Shown here: positions 26,340 through 41,640 of the stretch, one piece after another
Layout of the letters: every line of letters begins with the position of its first letter
Position numbering within the stretch: the stretch's first letter is position 1
Assembly (NCBI RefSeq): GCF_009914755.1
Contig: NC_060925.1
Strand: one strand, 5' to 3'
Length of the DNA: 64,000 bases
Source of the DNA: the human T2T-CHM13v2.0 reference genome, Homo sapiens
Notes under the pieces: generated by a model
Databases searched by the model: none
Told to the model about the DNA's origin: nothing
The model's input: the letters and a program-made list of their open reading frames with translations, nothing else
Made by a program: the position numbers and the translations under genes

Positions 26340-26930
26340 TTGATGAACTCATCAAACATCTGCTGGGTGTTTGTTAGGACTGGGAATACAAAGCTAAATA
26401 GATAGGTATGTCCTCTGCCCTCAAGGAGCTTATGATGTTTATAGGGAAGACAGACAAATAAATCCTGATGATGGTCCAATGTCACAACACTACAAGAAGG
26501 ATGTATGCAGGGTCCTGTGTGAGCACAAAGGAGGGGCCTCTAAATCAAACTGGAGGGTGGTCAGAGGATCTCTTGGAGGCAGAAGCACTGGCTGACTTCT
26601 GAGCTGTGAAGGAAGAACTATGAGAAATTACTGGCTGGAGTAAAGGGTAGGTGGGAGATGAGGCTGGAGGGGTAGTCACATGAAGATTCTTCTGGGTTAA
26701 TCCAGGAATTTGAACTTCTTCCTGAAATCAGCAGATTTCCAGTGAAGGATTTTAAATGATAGGAAAAAATATTCATCTTTGAAAGATCACCTTGAAAGCA
26801 GTGTGGTGGATGTATTGGATGGGGATGAAAGTAGAGACAGGGAAACCAGTTAGCAGGCTACTGCATCAGTCCAGGCAGGAAAGGCCTGAGCCAAGGCAAT
26901 GACACTGGGGATGGGAAAGAGAGGACAGAT
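26340..26930 (-). mobile_element. L2
   Basis: ctgccctcaaggagctta...gaaagatcacc...gggaaaccagttagcaggctactgca. Confidence 0.75.
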
Positions 26931-27149
26931 AGGTACTTATTGTACCTATTCGTCCTTTTCTGTTGGGCTTAGTAACTGACTCACTGTGAGGGTGCAGGGG
27001 AGAATCTTGGGGTGAGGCTCAGGCTTGGGAAGTGGGGCAGCCCCTTCCATCTCTAGCGAAGCTCCCACCCTTCCCTTCTTTCTATTGTCACATGCTTCTG
27101 CCACACTGTATGCATCTGTGCTCCCATATGCACTGGGCTCCTCCATGAC

Positions 27150-27650
27150 TCCAAGCTTCTAACCAGGCCTTTCTCTCAACTGGGAATGGCCCTCTCTCTC
27201 TCTCTTTGCTAGGTAACTCAGACTCATCTTTCCAGATGCTGTTCAAATGTCACCTCCCTGGGCTTTCCCTGACTTCCCCAGGCAGAGTATTACCTATTCC
27301 TGTCTTTCCACCTTGGTTGGAGCACTTACTCCTTTATGCCCTGACATACCTCCCCAAAATGTCTATTTCCCCTATTGAAATAAGAGCAATCTGAGGACAG
27401 GGCTTTCTATCTCTGGATCCCTGGTGCCTGACATGCTGCACGATGCCAAGTAGGGACTCAATTGTTCATGAGTGAATGAGAAGGAAAGCAATCCCCCTGG
27501 TGTGTGTTCCATGGACTGGACTGGCTTCTGGGATGGACTTCATGAATCAAACTGCAAGCTCCAGGAGAAGAGAGGCTGTATCCTTGGTACCTAGAACCAT
27601 GCCTGGCACAGGATGGGCACTCAAGACATCTGTTGAATGAGTGAATGAAT
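27150..27650 (+). mobile_element. L2 3' fragments
   Basis: ttcaaatgtcacctcc..., gcctggcaca...tgttgaatgagtgaatgaat. Confidence 0.65.
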
Positions 27651-27929
27651 TATGAAAAGATTATCGGTGGAACTGCTGACTCGGCATACTGGATCATCAG
27701 AGGGCCTTTCTGCTGCAAAACACTTTTATCCTGAATAAAGTCTACTTTTTGATGCATTGTATGATTCACTTGAAGTAGGGGAATCTATCTCACCTCCAAT
27801 AAAAAGGAACAAATCTAAGGCCACATCACAGCTGGGAGGAGTCAGCAGTAAGCAGAGGGAGGAACATTTGCTTTGAGGTATACACCAACCGTAACCAGGT
27901 GATCCCTGATTTGTCACTGGGAGATGGAA

Positions 27930-28350
27930 CCTTGGGCTAAAAGCAAACAGAGAGAGCTTTAAGTTGGGCCTCGAAATGGGCTGAAGTCATCCCAAGATGG
28001 TAGTACTACCTGACTTATGAGCAAACCATATTTAAATCCTGTCCAGAGGTAAACATTCTTAACCTAGGGCTTCAGGATTCCCATAGATTAAGATCAAGTA
28101 AAATAAATCATAAGAAAGCAAGCAACCAAGAGTGAGTCAACCAAACAAACAAGCAATAGATTTAGACCCTCCCCAAACACTTCAGGTACTAGAATTGATA
28201 GATACGGAACAGTCATGTATGAAATGTTTTCTAAAAATAAAGCATAAAATCACAAAGATTAGCAAGCAACAGAACACTATCAGGAATCACAATGCAGATG
28301 TGAAAAAGAAACAAATGGAGTTTCTAGAAGTGAAAGAGTTAAATGTTAAC
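27930..28350 (+). mobile_element. Old L1 (L1M) ORF1-region fragment
   Basis: A-rich; aaagaaacaaatggagtttctagaagtgaaa is typical of L1M ORF1. Explains ORF 28132-28593. Confidence 0.55.
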
Positions 28351-28827
28351 ATTATTACTGAGTATAATGCCTTAAACCAACTGGTTATTCTTATTGGGCA
28401 TCTTCTAAAGTGGATGTCCTCTTCCCAACCTAATTCTTGGGAACCCTCCTGTTGTCACTTGGCCCAAGAAGTTCTTGTACCTGAGTCTATTCCTATTAAG
28501 ACAAGAAGGAGGGCAATAAAGACCAGAGAGCTGCCTGCACCAGCCCTGTCACCAAAAGAGGTGATCACTGTAGCCCATCGCAGAGCGCAATGAAGTCTGG
28601 TTCTTGTAGAGACATAATTCCTTTAGCCTGCACAGCTCCTAGGAAAAACACACTGACATGGATGAATACAGAGAGTGTGAGCAGACTGCAAACCAGTGTT
28701 AAAACGAGACGGAGATGGAAGAGCAAATGCTAGCCAGCCACCTGTGGGATAAAAACCAGGAAAGGAGATGTCATCAACTTCACTACCGGTCTCCTGTCAA
28801 TAGGAAGATACTAAAATGAAAATTGGG

Positions 28828-29470
28828 CCCCCCCGCCTGGCCAGCCGCCCCGTCCGGGAGGTGAGGGGCGCCTCTGCCCGGCCGCCCCTACTGGGAAGTG
28901 AGGAGCCCCTCTGCCCGGCCACCACCCCGTCTGGGAGGTGTGCCCAACAGCTCATTGAGAACGGGCCAGGATGATAATGGCGGCTTTGTGGAATAGAAAG
29001 GCAGGAAAGGTGGGGAAAAGATTGAGAAATCGGATGGTTGCCGTGTCTGTGTAGAAAGAAGTAGACATGGGAGACTTTTCATTTTGTTCTGCACTAAGAA
29101 AAATTCCTCTGCCTTGGGATCCTGTTGATCTGTGACCTTACCCCCAACCCTGTGCTCTCTGAAACATGTGCTGTGTCCACTCAGGGTTAAATGGATTAAG
29201 GGCGGTGCAAGATGTGCTTTGTTAAACAGATGCTTGAAGGCAGCATGCTCGTTAAGAGTCATCACCAATCCCTAATCTCAAGTAATCAGGGACACAAACA
29301 CTGCGGAAGGCCGCAGGGTCCTCTGCCTAGGAAAACCAGAGACCTTTGTTCACTTGTTTATCTGCTGACCTTCCCTCCACTATTGTCCCATGACCCTGCC
29401 AAATCCCCCTCTGTGAGAAACACCCAAGAATTATCAATAAAAAAATAAATTTAAAAAAAAAAAAAAAAAA
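28828..29470 (+). mobile_element. 5'-truncated SVA (end of VNTR, SINE-R, poly(A)); young E/F-like
   Basis: VNTR units (gccgccccgtccgggaggtgaggggcgcctctgcccggcc), a complete SINE-R, AATAAA and a poly(A) tail. TSD gaaaattggg at 28818-28827 and 29471-29480. Confidence 0.97.
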
Positions 29471-30849
29471 GAAAATTGGGATATGGTTATTTGTGGTGAT
29501 GCTTCCTAAATGTCCAGTCAGTTGTTCCCTGCCCTATGGATGCATTGGCTCAGAGTGTGGTCTACAAGGACATTTGTACTTTGGAGGGGAAAAGTAGAAG
29601 GGCTGAAGCTCAAGAGGCTGTGAAGCCACTTGCCCCCTGCCTAGTGATGAGCCAGCCCCTCAGCTCTGGAGAGAGCACACGCCCTGACCTGGGGCATCCC
29701 TGGTTGGGGCTGGGAGCCATGCTGGCAGGTAGAAAGCCCAAGCCCAATTATGAGAGGCATGCTTTTACAGAGACTTGGCCTTGCTCAGTCCATTCTTCCC
29801 AATCTCAGATCCCAGGAAACTTCTAATTTATCTCTCCAGGCCTTGAGAGTCAGGGTTCACAAGAAAGAGACATGAGGAGCAGCACATGTGTCTGGTCAAG
29901 CGGTGGAGCCCTTGTCCCTCAGGCCTGTACCCTGTTTCTCTTTCTCCGTATGTTCACACAAAAGCCTTCTCCCCGGGGCTGCTTCTCAGCCTTCTGCCAC
30001 CCTAGGCTAGCACACATTCCTCAGAAAGGGATGAGCTGCCTCAACTGCACAGTAGAGCAACTGCCATGACTAGCCCTGGTTAGTGCCAAAGTGGGCGTGT
30101 AAGGCAGAAGGGAGGGCTGGATGCTGGGAGAAAGCGGGAAGGTGGGAAGGGCTCCATGCAGTCTGTGCAGCACAGGCAGCATTGGCCAGAGTCAGACACC
30201 TTTATGCCCTGACGTAGCTCCCAAAAATAGCACAGCTAGAGGTGGTGAAGCGTCAAAGTGGAAGTCCACAGAGGTGACAGGGAGCTAGGACACAGAAGCT
30301 GGGCTGGTCAACCAGACAAACTCTTATGGCCAGAGTCTTCCCTGAGGTTCAGTCCTGCCTCTCCTCGCACACCCCTGATTCTGCCTTCTGTGGCTCCAGC
30401 TGGGACGTGGTTGAGGTAGTGACAGGTGGGAGGTAGAAGTAGGCAAGAGGCAAAACGGTAGCGGTAGTGACCAGAGGAGTCTTAGCCCCAGGCCAGGCCA
30501 GATTCAGTGCTTAGCGGTTTGGCCAATTGACCCAATATATGGCCACCAGGTGTCCCCCACTCTTCAGAGCACTCTGCTCTCCACTGCTCATAGGGTAAAT
30601 CCAGGTTGCTCCAACTGCGCTTTGCAAATCTGATCTGGCATTCCCCACGCTGTGCTGCCCTCCATCTTGGGCATCCTCTCTTCCCTTTTTCACCCATCCT
30701 CATCCTCCGAGAACCAGAAGTTATCCCTCTTCCATTAAGTCTCAGACTCTTACAGGTCTTGAAGGATTGTACAGGGTGGCAGGACCTACACCCACGTGGC
30801 ACAGGAATCCTCTCCACGGCGGCCTTTCAGCCTACTGGTGAACTTGCCA

Positions 30850-31070
30850 GGCACAGGCTTTGGAGCCAGACAGACCTGTGCAGAAGTCCTTGCTCTCCCA
30901 CTACCCAGCTGAGAGACCTCAAGCAGGCACAACTTCCTGGGCCTCAGTTGACTCATCTGAACAATGGAATAGCAATAAACTACCTCACAGGGTTGTTATA
31001 AAAATCAAGTCTGTAAAAGCATTTCATGATCTGTGCAGTGGCAGACAGTGCTTAGTTCTTCTGCATGAAA
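30850..31070 (+). mobile_element. MIR
   Basis: ggctttggagccagacagacctg...gggcctcagtt...ctacctcacagggttgtt. Confidence 0.8.
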
Positions 31071-33549
31071 CAACTTGGGCCATGGTTGGGCTGCTCACAT
31101 CATCGGCTTTCCTGTAACTTGCACCTGTGAGTGCCACTTCTGCCATTGGGAACTCCAGAGTACATCTGTCCCTCTGTCAACACCACAGCCTTCCTCCAAG
31201 CTCTGAAAGCACCGCCTGCTCCTCATCTCATTTGGCTGCACTGCCAGTGGCTGTTTCACACTTGCCTGCCCCCGCTCTGGCAGGCCCTAAGCTGGGTACA
31301 AGACAATGTCATGCAAAGAACGTAGGCCTTGGAGTCAGAAGTCCCTGGCCTGCAAGTCTGCATCTTCCTCTCTCTAGTTGTGTGACTTCGGGGCAGCGAC
31401 TTAGATCTCTAAGCTTTAGATCCTTCAGCTGTAAAATTGAGAATAATGTCTCCCTACAGGGAATGGTTAATATGCACTCACAGACCCCACAGTGCAGCAC
31501 TGACAAGATGCTTGTTTCATGTCTCTCTACCCACCAGATGGTAAGCTGCATGAGAGCAGGCCCGGTGCAGTACTAGGCACATAGTAGGAATGTCACATTG
31601 AGCCTGTAGCAGGACTAAATGGGTCCCCAACTTAACTATGGCCTCTAACCTCATGTTGGGTACTTAAAATCCTGCTCAGGGCCTAGGGACAATTGAATGT
31701 TTCAACTGAGCTGTGGAAAACCCTGAAGAGCCCTTTCACATCTTGCAAGCTTCCAGCTCTGGGCTCCATGCTTCTGGGTTTGGTTTGACCCAGCTCAGTA
31801 AATTTGACTGAGCATCAAACATTCTCCTGAAGTATTTCTTCTGCTTTGGAAGGCAGAAATGGAGCTGCGTGCTGTACACTGGCTCACCTGACTCCCTGAG
31901 GCTGTGTGGGGTGAGGAGGCTCCTCCTGCAGTCCTCAGCAGGGGCCTGGTCTGGACACCTGCCTGCGAAGGACAGGAGCCAGGGCCCCTTCGGCCTCTAT
32001 CTTTAAGTCTCTGGTTCTTTGAGCCTTTGCCTTTTTTCTCTCTGTTTCCTGCCCTCTAGTTCCAGGTGAGATGCCCTCTGGTGTGACACCCTAGCACCCT
32101 AGCCTTACCCGCCCCCACCCCATGTGAGCTGGTGACAGTGGAGGCCTCGTTTGCCTGGGACACCTCTGCCTCTCCACAGCCTCGCACAGCACCTGCCATG
32201 CTGTAGGGTTCCATTACATGTTTTATAAGTACATGGATGCTTCTCTGATTCTCTTTCAGTCTCTGCCTCTCTCAGATCCCCATGTCTTAGCTGTTCCAGC
32301 CAGCCTTGTCTGTGCTGAGATATGCTAGGATCAGTTTTGGGGTGATTAGAGGTGGTCCTTAGGGCTGCTGGTTGTGTGTGTGTTTGTGTAAAATTCCTCA
32401 CAGACACCAAGCCCCCACATGGACACATCACTTTCTCCTCACCCCGTCAGAGAAACCCTCTGATATTCACCATCACACATACACTCACACCAGGTCGGAG
32501 ATGGTGCTCCATCATCTGCTCCATGCATACTGAAGTATTTATGGGTGAAAGGACACGTATGTGGACTTTTCTTTAAAATACTCTGGGAAAAAATGAAAGG
32601 CAAGTGAGAAATAGGATGTGCAGTGTGCTGAAGCCAGGTGGGTGGGTGCATGGGCTTTCATTCACCACCCTCTCCGGTTTTGTATACATTTGAAATTTTC
32701 CATAATTAAAAAGTTAGAAAAAAAAACTTCGTTAAAAGAAGAACCATCGACTCCAACTCCCTTCTGAGGCCACTACTCATTTTGCGCATGTGACAAACAG
32801 TCCTGCAAAATCCCTCCTGCCTTCTTTAACTTTTCTTTATGTGGGGCTCATCTTGCCAACTAGATTCTTGCTTCTTGAGGGCAGGGCTGTGTCTTATGCT
32901 ACTTTACATCCTTTTTATAATAGCGCTTATAGAAGGGCAGGCATCAATGGCCACTAGACCGAGCTGCCCAGCCCTTCCCCTTGGACCGAGGCCTTCTTTC
33001 ACATGCCTCATGTCCTTGGCATTGACTCCTTTTCCGTCCCCCAACCCCTGCTGCTGCCCAGCTCCTCCCTGGCTTCCGCCAAGGTGACAGGGTAATGCTA
33101 TGGCCAGGGACTCTGCTGTTTCCTTGGCAATCAGAGCCTTTCTTTAGCCCTGGCAGCATGCTCTCCTTGTTGGTCAATATTTAGTTTAATTTAGGTTCTA
33201 ATCAGGCAGGAAAGAGGCAGGTGGTCTTAGGGGTTGCTGCAGGGCTAGCAGGGACCCATCTGTCAGCCTTCCCCACACCCTGTTGCGACTGCACGCATTT
33301 TATGTTTGCTCTGAACCCTCCCTTTACAACATTTCTGCTCTCTGCCCTTCAATTAACCTTCTGTGTTTTGGGTCTGACCTAGCTGCAGTGTGCAGGGAAG
33401 GGAACATGCTGAGGTCACTTGCAGGGCTCCGCAAGGCTTCCTCAGCAGCCCTGCCTGTAGCCTCTGTGGGAAATCTAGCTGACCCCCAGGGAAGAGGCTG
33501 GAGTGAAGGTGCCCTGCTCCACTGCTGGGGAGAGCATGAGAAGTCACAA

Positions 33550-33760
33550 TGGATGAATGCTTACTATGTGCCAGGCACTGGTCCCAGTATTTTGTGACTG
33601 TTAGTTTATTTAATTCTCCAAACAACCCCAGATAGGGAGATGGGTTCTATAATTATCCCCATTTTGCATATTAGGAGACTAAGGCTTGAAGAGGTTAAAT
33701 AATAATTGCCAAATCATAGCGTTAATTAACAGTACAGCTGAAGTTGGTGCCCGGGCGGTC
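33550..33760 (-). mobile_element. MIR
   Basis: tgcttactatgtgccaggcactg...tatccccattttgcatattaggagactaaggct. Confidence 0.8.
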
Positions 33761-36116
33761 TGCCTCAGGCGCCTAGGCCCTTGACTGCTGCCCTTCAGTG
33801 AGGGCGGATGCTGCATGCAGGACAGACAGCACAGGAGGCGCCACCGCCTTCCCCACCTCCCTGTCCCATGCTCCCCTGAGGGCCCGTGTGAGTGGCTGAC
33901 AGCACGGGTGAAGCACAGGGAGATCCTCCCAGCTGCAGGGTGGCGGGTGGATCACATAAAGGGCAGGGGACTTCTTGGCTACAAAGCAGAGCCAGGTGGC
34001 ATGGAGGAAAGGGCGGCCTAAGCTGACAGGCAGGGTTTATTTATTTCCTTTCTCTTTGTCACAGGGCCCCTTTAAAATGACTCAACAGACTATTAGTCTC
34101 AATGGAATATCAACCCCAACAGGGGGAAAAAAAAAGGTAAGAAAATCCTCAAGAAAAGAACACATACATCTCAGCCCAGTCCACCAGACAGGGCAACGTG
34201 GGGACACTGTTGGGAGGAACTCTTCCAGTCTGGCCAGAGATCCACCGCCACAACCTGGATGCCACAACCTGGGTGGGCACCTGGGCCAGCCTTGTCCCCT
34301 CACCCTTGCCTCAGTCTGGCTGCACTTTCCAGTCTGCCCTCTCTGTCTCCCAGTTGGTAGGTTCCTTCCTGAGCCCCTCACAGTCAGACTGACACATACC
34401 CTGTGCATTTCAATGGCCTCCTGTGTGGACAGTATGAAAATTAATCTTAGAAATGTTATCAAGTCCAAAAGGAAATTCCTAGGGGAATGTAAGTCAACCT
34501 CTTTTAAAGAGCATGGCTAAGCAGAGACCTTAAACTTTAGGGAAAAACCAAACTCCTTGAGAACAAGAGTCAAGCGAGGAGCGGGGGGACATGGAGAGCT
34601 GGAGTCTGCCGCTGGCCCACGTGGCTAGGGGAGCGCCTAAGGAGAATTCAATGAGCCACCTGTGTGGACGGTGTGAAAATTCCCCGCGGCTGCAGAGCAG
34701 GGCAGCAACCTGCATGTGGGGGACAAGTAATTACAGAAGGACAGAATGAAAACAGAGGCTCAGAGGTCTGGGACCAAGGTATCCTGGAGCAGCTGCTGGG
34801 TTACTTTCTGGTGGCAGGACGGGGACAGGAGGGCAGGAAGAGGAGAGAAAAGAACATGAGGTGAGCCAGAGGAACACTGTGGTTCCCCTCAGGCCAAATC
34901 CGAAATCCTGTCTGGCCTTCCCCAGGGGCCTTTTCACCAAGCGACATCTCACGGCTCCCACCAGGCACCCTCTGCTCTGAGGAGCACCCCTGCTACGACA
35001 CTGACTCCCAGATGCTGGGTCCTCACCTGCCTCCTGTGTGCTGCAGCTCCAGGGGACATCTGTCTCCCAAAGAACGGGGTCACTCAAAGGGGGGCACATC
35101 TTTTTCAACAGAGGCCTTCTACACTAGTGGGGAGTGTCTGCACAGCCTGGCCTGCTGTTTCCCCTGGGGACACTCCTGTTGATGCGGAAGCCCTGCTTAT
35201 CGTGGACATGCTCGTGGCCCTCACGGCCCGGCCCTCCCATTCTCCTCTGAACTCTCACCCATGTACTTTAAATGGCTTTTATGCTCCTCTTTTCCATTCC
35301 CAAGCATGGCATAATGGGAACGCTATGGGCTTTGGGCTCAGAAAAATCGTGGTCCTCAACCTGGGGACCATTTGATTGGGTTAAAATTTTTAACCATTGT
35401 TTTCTCATCTGTAAATGGGAATATTTATATTTACTCATCTCACATGGTTATTGTGAGGAAAATGAGAGAAGGGATATCCACTTCCAGTAATGTAAAACTA
35501 AGCAGTTTGAATAAACCCTTCTGCTGAGGATAATTTAAAATGCTGGATGAAATATAACAAACATTTTCTTAAAAACATCAAAGACATAACGAAGTAATAA
35601 GGAATCATGGGCCATAATCTCTGAGGAAGTGAGAACTCAAAGAGGTGAGCCCAGTATTCAACCCCACCCTTGCCTTTAAAAAAAGTTAATCCAGAAGCAA
35701 TAGTGACAACAATGAGCTGTGGTTTTTGCAGCTTCCCCACCCAGCTCTAAGATAGGAAGCCTAAATAAATACCCTACACTTCACTCAAAGTTGGGGTCCT
35801 GAAGTGCTTTACCTTCAGGGTGAAGACGAATTGAGAGTAAATATCCCCTCTATGGACTTGCAGCCTTGAATTTGGATTAAGGAATTTGGGTTAAGGAGGT
35901 CCTGGACTGGTAACATTCCCAGGTGACTAGCACAGTAAATTAAAATCCTCTCTGGAGGAAGAATACTGATTCTAAACCACAGATTATCCTTCAAATAATT
36001 TTCAAATACACTGACCAGCACAGAGTCAAAGATAAAGCATATAAGGGAAGAAGACACCATGAGTAAGAACCAGAAGAAAATGATGATAAAAAGAGACCCC
36101 CAAAGAAGTGACATAT

Positions 36117-36769
<653 letters not shown>

Positions 36770-38131
36770 GTATTGGAAGTATCAGACACAGACCACCATA
36801 TTAACAATTCAAGAAAATATAATAAAGGCAAGCTTGAACATTTTCTTAAGAAATGGGAACTAAAAAGTGACCTAGAAATGTTGAAAAAACCCAAATACAA
36901 ATTCTAGAACTAAAAAGCACAGCTAAAATTAAGTAAGCAACGAATGGGTTTATTAAATGCTAAATAAACACAGCTGAAGAGAAAATTAGTGCACTGTAGA
37001 TTAGAAGGAATTATCCAGAATGTAGCACACAGAAACAAACAGGAAAGTCCATGCACCTTGTCTAACGCCTGGGATAGAGAAGTAGGAACTCAATAAATGT
37101 TACTTTCATCCTTTTCCTCTTTCAAGTCTTAAAAAAAACACTGCTCTTTCAGAAAACCTTTTCTGATTCACTTGGCCTGACGTCTGCCACTCCATTTCTC
37201 TGAATTTTCTCAGCATCTTTGTAATCGGTTTGTTCATACTGACAGGTACTCACTTATTTCCTGAGATCAATGAATGCGAGAGTTAAAGCCTCCCCCAAAA
37301 CTAATGCCATGGGTCAAAGGTTTCCTGGTCCACAAACTCATTCCTCCTCTGTGCCATGATGATGTACAAATGCAAGGGCTTGCTTATGAGAGGTATTGCT
37401 CCGAGGAAAAGGAGTTAGTTGAATTCCAAAATATGGTCTGCTTCTTGACCCTTTTCCTTGGTCAATGCTGTGTCAAGACAACTGCAGACTAAAGGTCACA
37501 ATAAATACCTCAGTGTTCATGGTAAACAGGGAGCATGCACAAGCCCTCTCAGGCCTTGCTCTCCTCTGTTATTAGAGCTTCTCATCTCAGCTCATTCTGG
37601 AAATTCTGATGCACAAAGTTGGTGAGGGGAAGTGGCTAGAGATGGACATCAATAGGACCAACAAAATCCCCAGCTCCAAGAGGAGACTGCCAACTCTGCA
37701 AAAAGCATTAAATACTTGTGCTCTGCAGCGCCTGTTTAAGGACTTGGAGAACCAAGATGTGCCTTGCCAAAGAGGCCTCTTGTATGTTGACTTTAAGTGT
37801 CTGCCCTTCATTCTCAAGCACCATGGAGCAAGAGGGAGGGGACACCCTGAATGACCCCATCCTCCACCCCTAATCTGGATCATCTCAGACCCCTGGCCAG
37901 ACCAGGGCCAGTGACCTGTCTCCCTTTAAATAGGCCTGAAGTGTAAGGGAGAAGGATTGGAATTAGCTCTGGGAGAGAAAGAAGAGAGAAGCTTTGGAAG
38001 CCTGGCTGCTGGGCTGTGTTGAGATGGAGGAGCTATGGGTGGGCCCTGGGCCGCTGTTGAAGGTAGAGGTGGAAACCAGGGAAGTAGCTTTGTGCAGGCA
38101 GAAAGCAGAAGCTGTGGTAGTTGTGTTTTGA

Positions 38132-38507
<376 letters not shown>

Positions 38508-38550
38508 AGAAGATTATTTTTCTAGACTTGGAAAAATTGTCACATTTCCC

Positions 38551-38588
38551 GTGTGTGTGTGTGTGTGTGTGTGTATGCGTGTGTGTGC
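38551..38588. repeat. (GT)n microsatellite
   Basis: About 12 perfect GT units followed by degenerate copies. Confidence 0.9.
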
Positions 38589-41419
38589 ACGCCTGCAAAT
38601 GCTTGCATGCATGCACCAACCCACTCATTTGATCAAAGGTTAAAACAATATTAAATGATAGTCGTTACATGTCAGACACTGGGCTGAGTGCTGGGGATTC
38701 AAAAATGACCAAGACAGGGTCCCCAACCTGCTCTGGGGGTGTTCATCAGCTCCAGGGAGATGAAATTTCTCTTGATGGCTCCTCTCTGTGCCCATCCTGC
38801 TCTAGAAGCCTCTTCATTCACTGATTGGTATTTGGACCAACCAAATGGTTTTTCCTAGCCCCCTCCTGGGCTCTAAAGGCAGCACCAGAAATTTCAAGCA
38901 AGAAGCTGCTTCCTGGTCCAGCATCACCCAATGTGGACAGGATATTACTGAGATAAAAGATGCATGACCAGCTCCAGCTCTTGTCTGCCATTTCTGCCCA
39001 GGATCATGGAACAGGAGATGACCAAGGGGTCAGTGTGTGAGGGGCCTCCTGAATCTATTTGTGGCTCTATCTTGAATAAACTGGGTGAGCGACTGTGGCT
39101 CTTCTCACTTCTGGCTTTTATGTCCCTTCTTCTGATTTGGGACTAGGTTAGGTGCCCTGGTCCAGTGACTAGTCTCTTCCAGTCCTTGGTCCTGTAGAAT
39201 GGGCCTTTCCCTACCTGGAAGAGGGCAGCTCTCATGCTGGGACCGAATACCTTGAGAGGAGAGCCTCTTGGTTGCACTGTGACCCAGGACAGGGCACAGA
39301 GGAAGAAGCCCCATTCTGGTGCTCCATCCCTCCAGTTTGCCCAAAGGTTGCACCCAAAGGCCGATGCTGGGCACAGACTGGCACCTTCTAACTTTCTCTC
39401 CAAGCTCCCATCCTGGCTGGAGAGACAGCAGGTGTCTGAGAACTATTCCTTCTCTTCTCAGTGAGAATCTATAGCCAATTAGCTGAGCCCAGGGAGGTGG
39501 AAAATGTCTCTTTCCAGCCCTGGAGCTAACAGCGAATCCAGTCTTTCTTGTAGACGTCTCTGTGAAGGGCGAGAACGGAGTAACCTCCAGGACTCCAAGG
39601 AGCTGGTTTCAGGCTGTCAGCTCGAGGCTTTAATAACACAAAAGGCAAAGGAACACTCCACTAAGTAGCATAAAATAAGTGCAAAACTTGGCTATATTTT
39701 TTTTCCAGAGTCTGTCTGGGTTTTTTATGTGGGTGTGTGCAAAGAGCAGGAACTCTCCCTGGGGTCCAACAAATTGGGTCTTTGCTGTGAGGGGCTGTGG
39801 CAGCTGTAAAAGGAGCCAAGCCAATAATTGGGCTAAAATAATTGGTCTCAGGATGTGACTCCCTCTAGCCTCTGCCTGTCACCCCTCCAGCTTCAGGGCC
39901 TCAGGAAGGCTGACACACACACCCGGCTGCTGTGGCATCTTCCTGACACCAGGTCAATGTTCCATTTCATTAGATCTTATCTGTATAAAACTGATGATCA
40001 GGGGAGAGGGGTCTGAACAGTGTAATGGGGGAAGGTCCTGGTTCTATCACTATCCTGATGTGTGAGTCTTGGCAGGTCATCTTCCTCTCTGTGCTTTACT
40101 TTCCTCATCTGCTCAGACAGAGGAAGAAGAGAGGATCAGTGCTTACTGAGTGGGGCAACAGTGTGGCAGGTCCTGGACTAGGTGTTTTGTATACATTGTC
40201 TCTGTGTCCTGTGTTATGGTGAAAATCAGATGGAAAAAGAGAGGTCAAGGAATTTAGACAAAACCAGAAAATACTACACCAAGATGAAAGTTGATGTATT
40301 TTTACTGCTTGCTACCCACACTCAGGAAATCCTGACAATGCTTGGCTCAAGAAATACGCAGAAAAGCTGTGAGGGGTCTGTCCCTCCCTTACCTGGGTGT
40401 GGGCTCAGCTGTGGGGACTGGCTAAGGGGTGGGCGATGAAAGGACAGGGTGAGTCGATCTTTAAGGTTTGGGTATTTCTGAGTCCCTGGGTGAATCCCAC
40501 TTACTGAATTCCCAAGGCAAATGCGCTCTTCGGATCGTCCACCCCTAGGCCATGGACTCTCTGCCTCTCCTCTTTTCCTGTAGCACCCATAGTCAGAGTT
40601 GGCTACATAAGACAAAGCCTTCATTATTTTTAAAAAATCAATTGGCTCCATTATGGTATGACTAAAATTCTATTTTCAACTTCCCCTGGAGAGACGTTAC
40701 TTACTGGGAATAGGTAAGTATCATTAGCATTTTTCTTTGAGAGTTTGGGGCCTGGAGAATTTAGGCTCAGACATTTCTATTTCTTTTTCCCCACCTGCCT
40801 GTTTCCTTGGCCCGGGTCAGAAATGACTTCAAGAGTTAGGGACAGCGCAGAGTGGTGATGAAGGACCAGTGAGAGCATTCCTTGCAGTGCCACGCCGGGC
40901 ACGTCAGCCTTCTGGAGGGTCAGTGTTCTCGTCTGGAAATGGGGGATGATGTTAATCTTGCATCACAGGACCATAGTGATGACTGGAGGGGTGATGCTTG
41001 TGGGGTGTCGGGCACGGTGCCTGGTAGATGCTCAGTGAGCAGCAGCCATTTCTGTGAAAGGAAGGGCCTGGACAGCTGATCTTCACCGACAGTGATGACA
41101 AAGAGGGAAGGCCAACTCCCCGGCTCCACTGGTGGGTCTGGAGGAGCTGGTTTTCACACCCTCAGGGCCAGCTGCCCAGCTGATTTTGCCTGTGGCCTCT
41201 GTGTGCCACACCCTGCATGGGGAATTAGGGGAAATGCAAAAATGATGGTGGGGTCCCTGGGCACCCAATGCTACCAAACATAGAGCAGTGGTAGGGCTTA
41301 AGGCTGAGGGCCACAGTGTGAAGGAGCCATCAGATTGCAATGTGGCTTCCCTCCAGGGGAAGCAGGGGCAGAGTTCCTTGCACAAAGTAGACAATCATAA
41401 AAAATAAGGGCAGTGCGCA

Positions 41420-41640
41420 TGTCATGAGTGCTTACTGCATGCCAAGCACCGTGCTAAGCACTTTCTTCACGTGGACCTTTTACATTTTTAATCTGTACGA
41501 GGGCCCAATGTAGTAGGTTCTCTTATCATCCCCATTTTACAGATGATGAAACTAGGCCTCATTTGCTTAATAACCTCTCTGGAATCACTCAGCTCATAAA
41601 CAGTAGAAGTGGGCCTCAAACCCAGTCCTGCTTCACATGA
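41420..41640 (-). mobile_element. MIR
   Basis: gagtgcttactgcatgccaagcaccgtgctaagcactt...cccattttacagatgatgaaact. Confidence 0.8.

Noticed and set aside
28888-29448. ORFs of 126 and 78 aa
   Set aside because: They are standard translations of the SVA SINE-R region.
30221-30230. Single MEF2-like site CCAAAAATAG
   Set aside because: An isolated motif like this is expected by chance in 64 kb.
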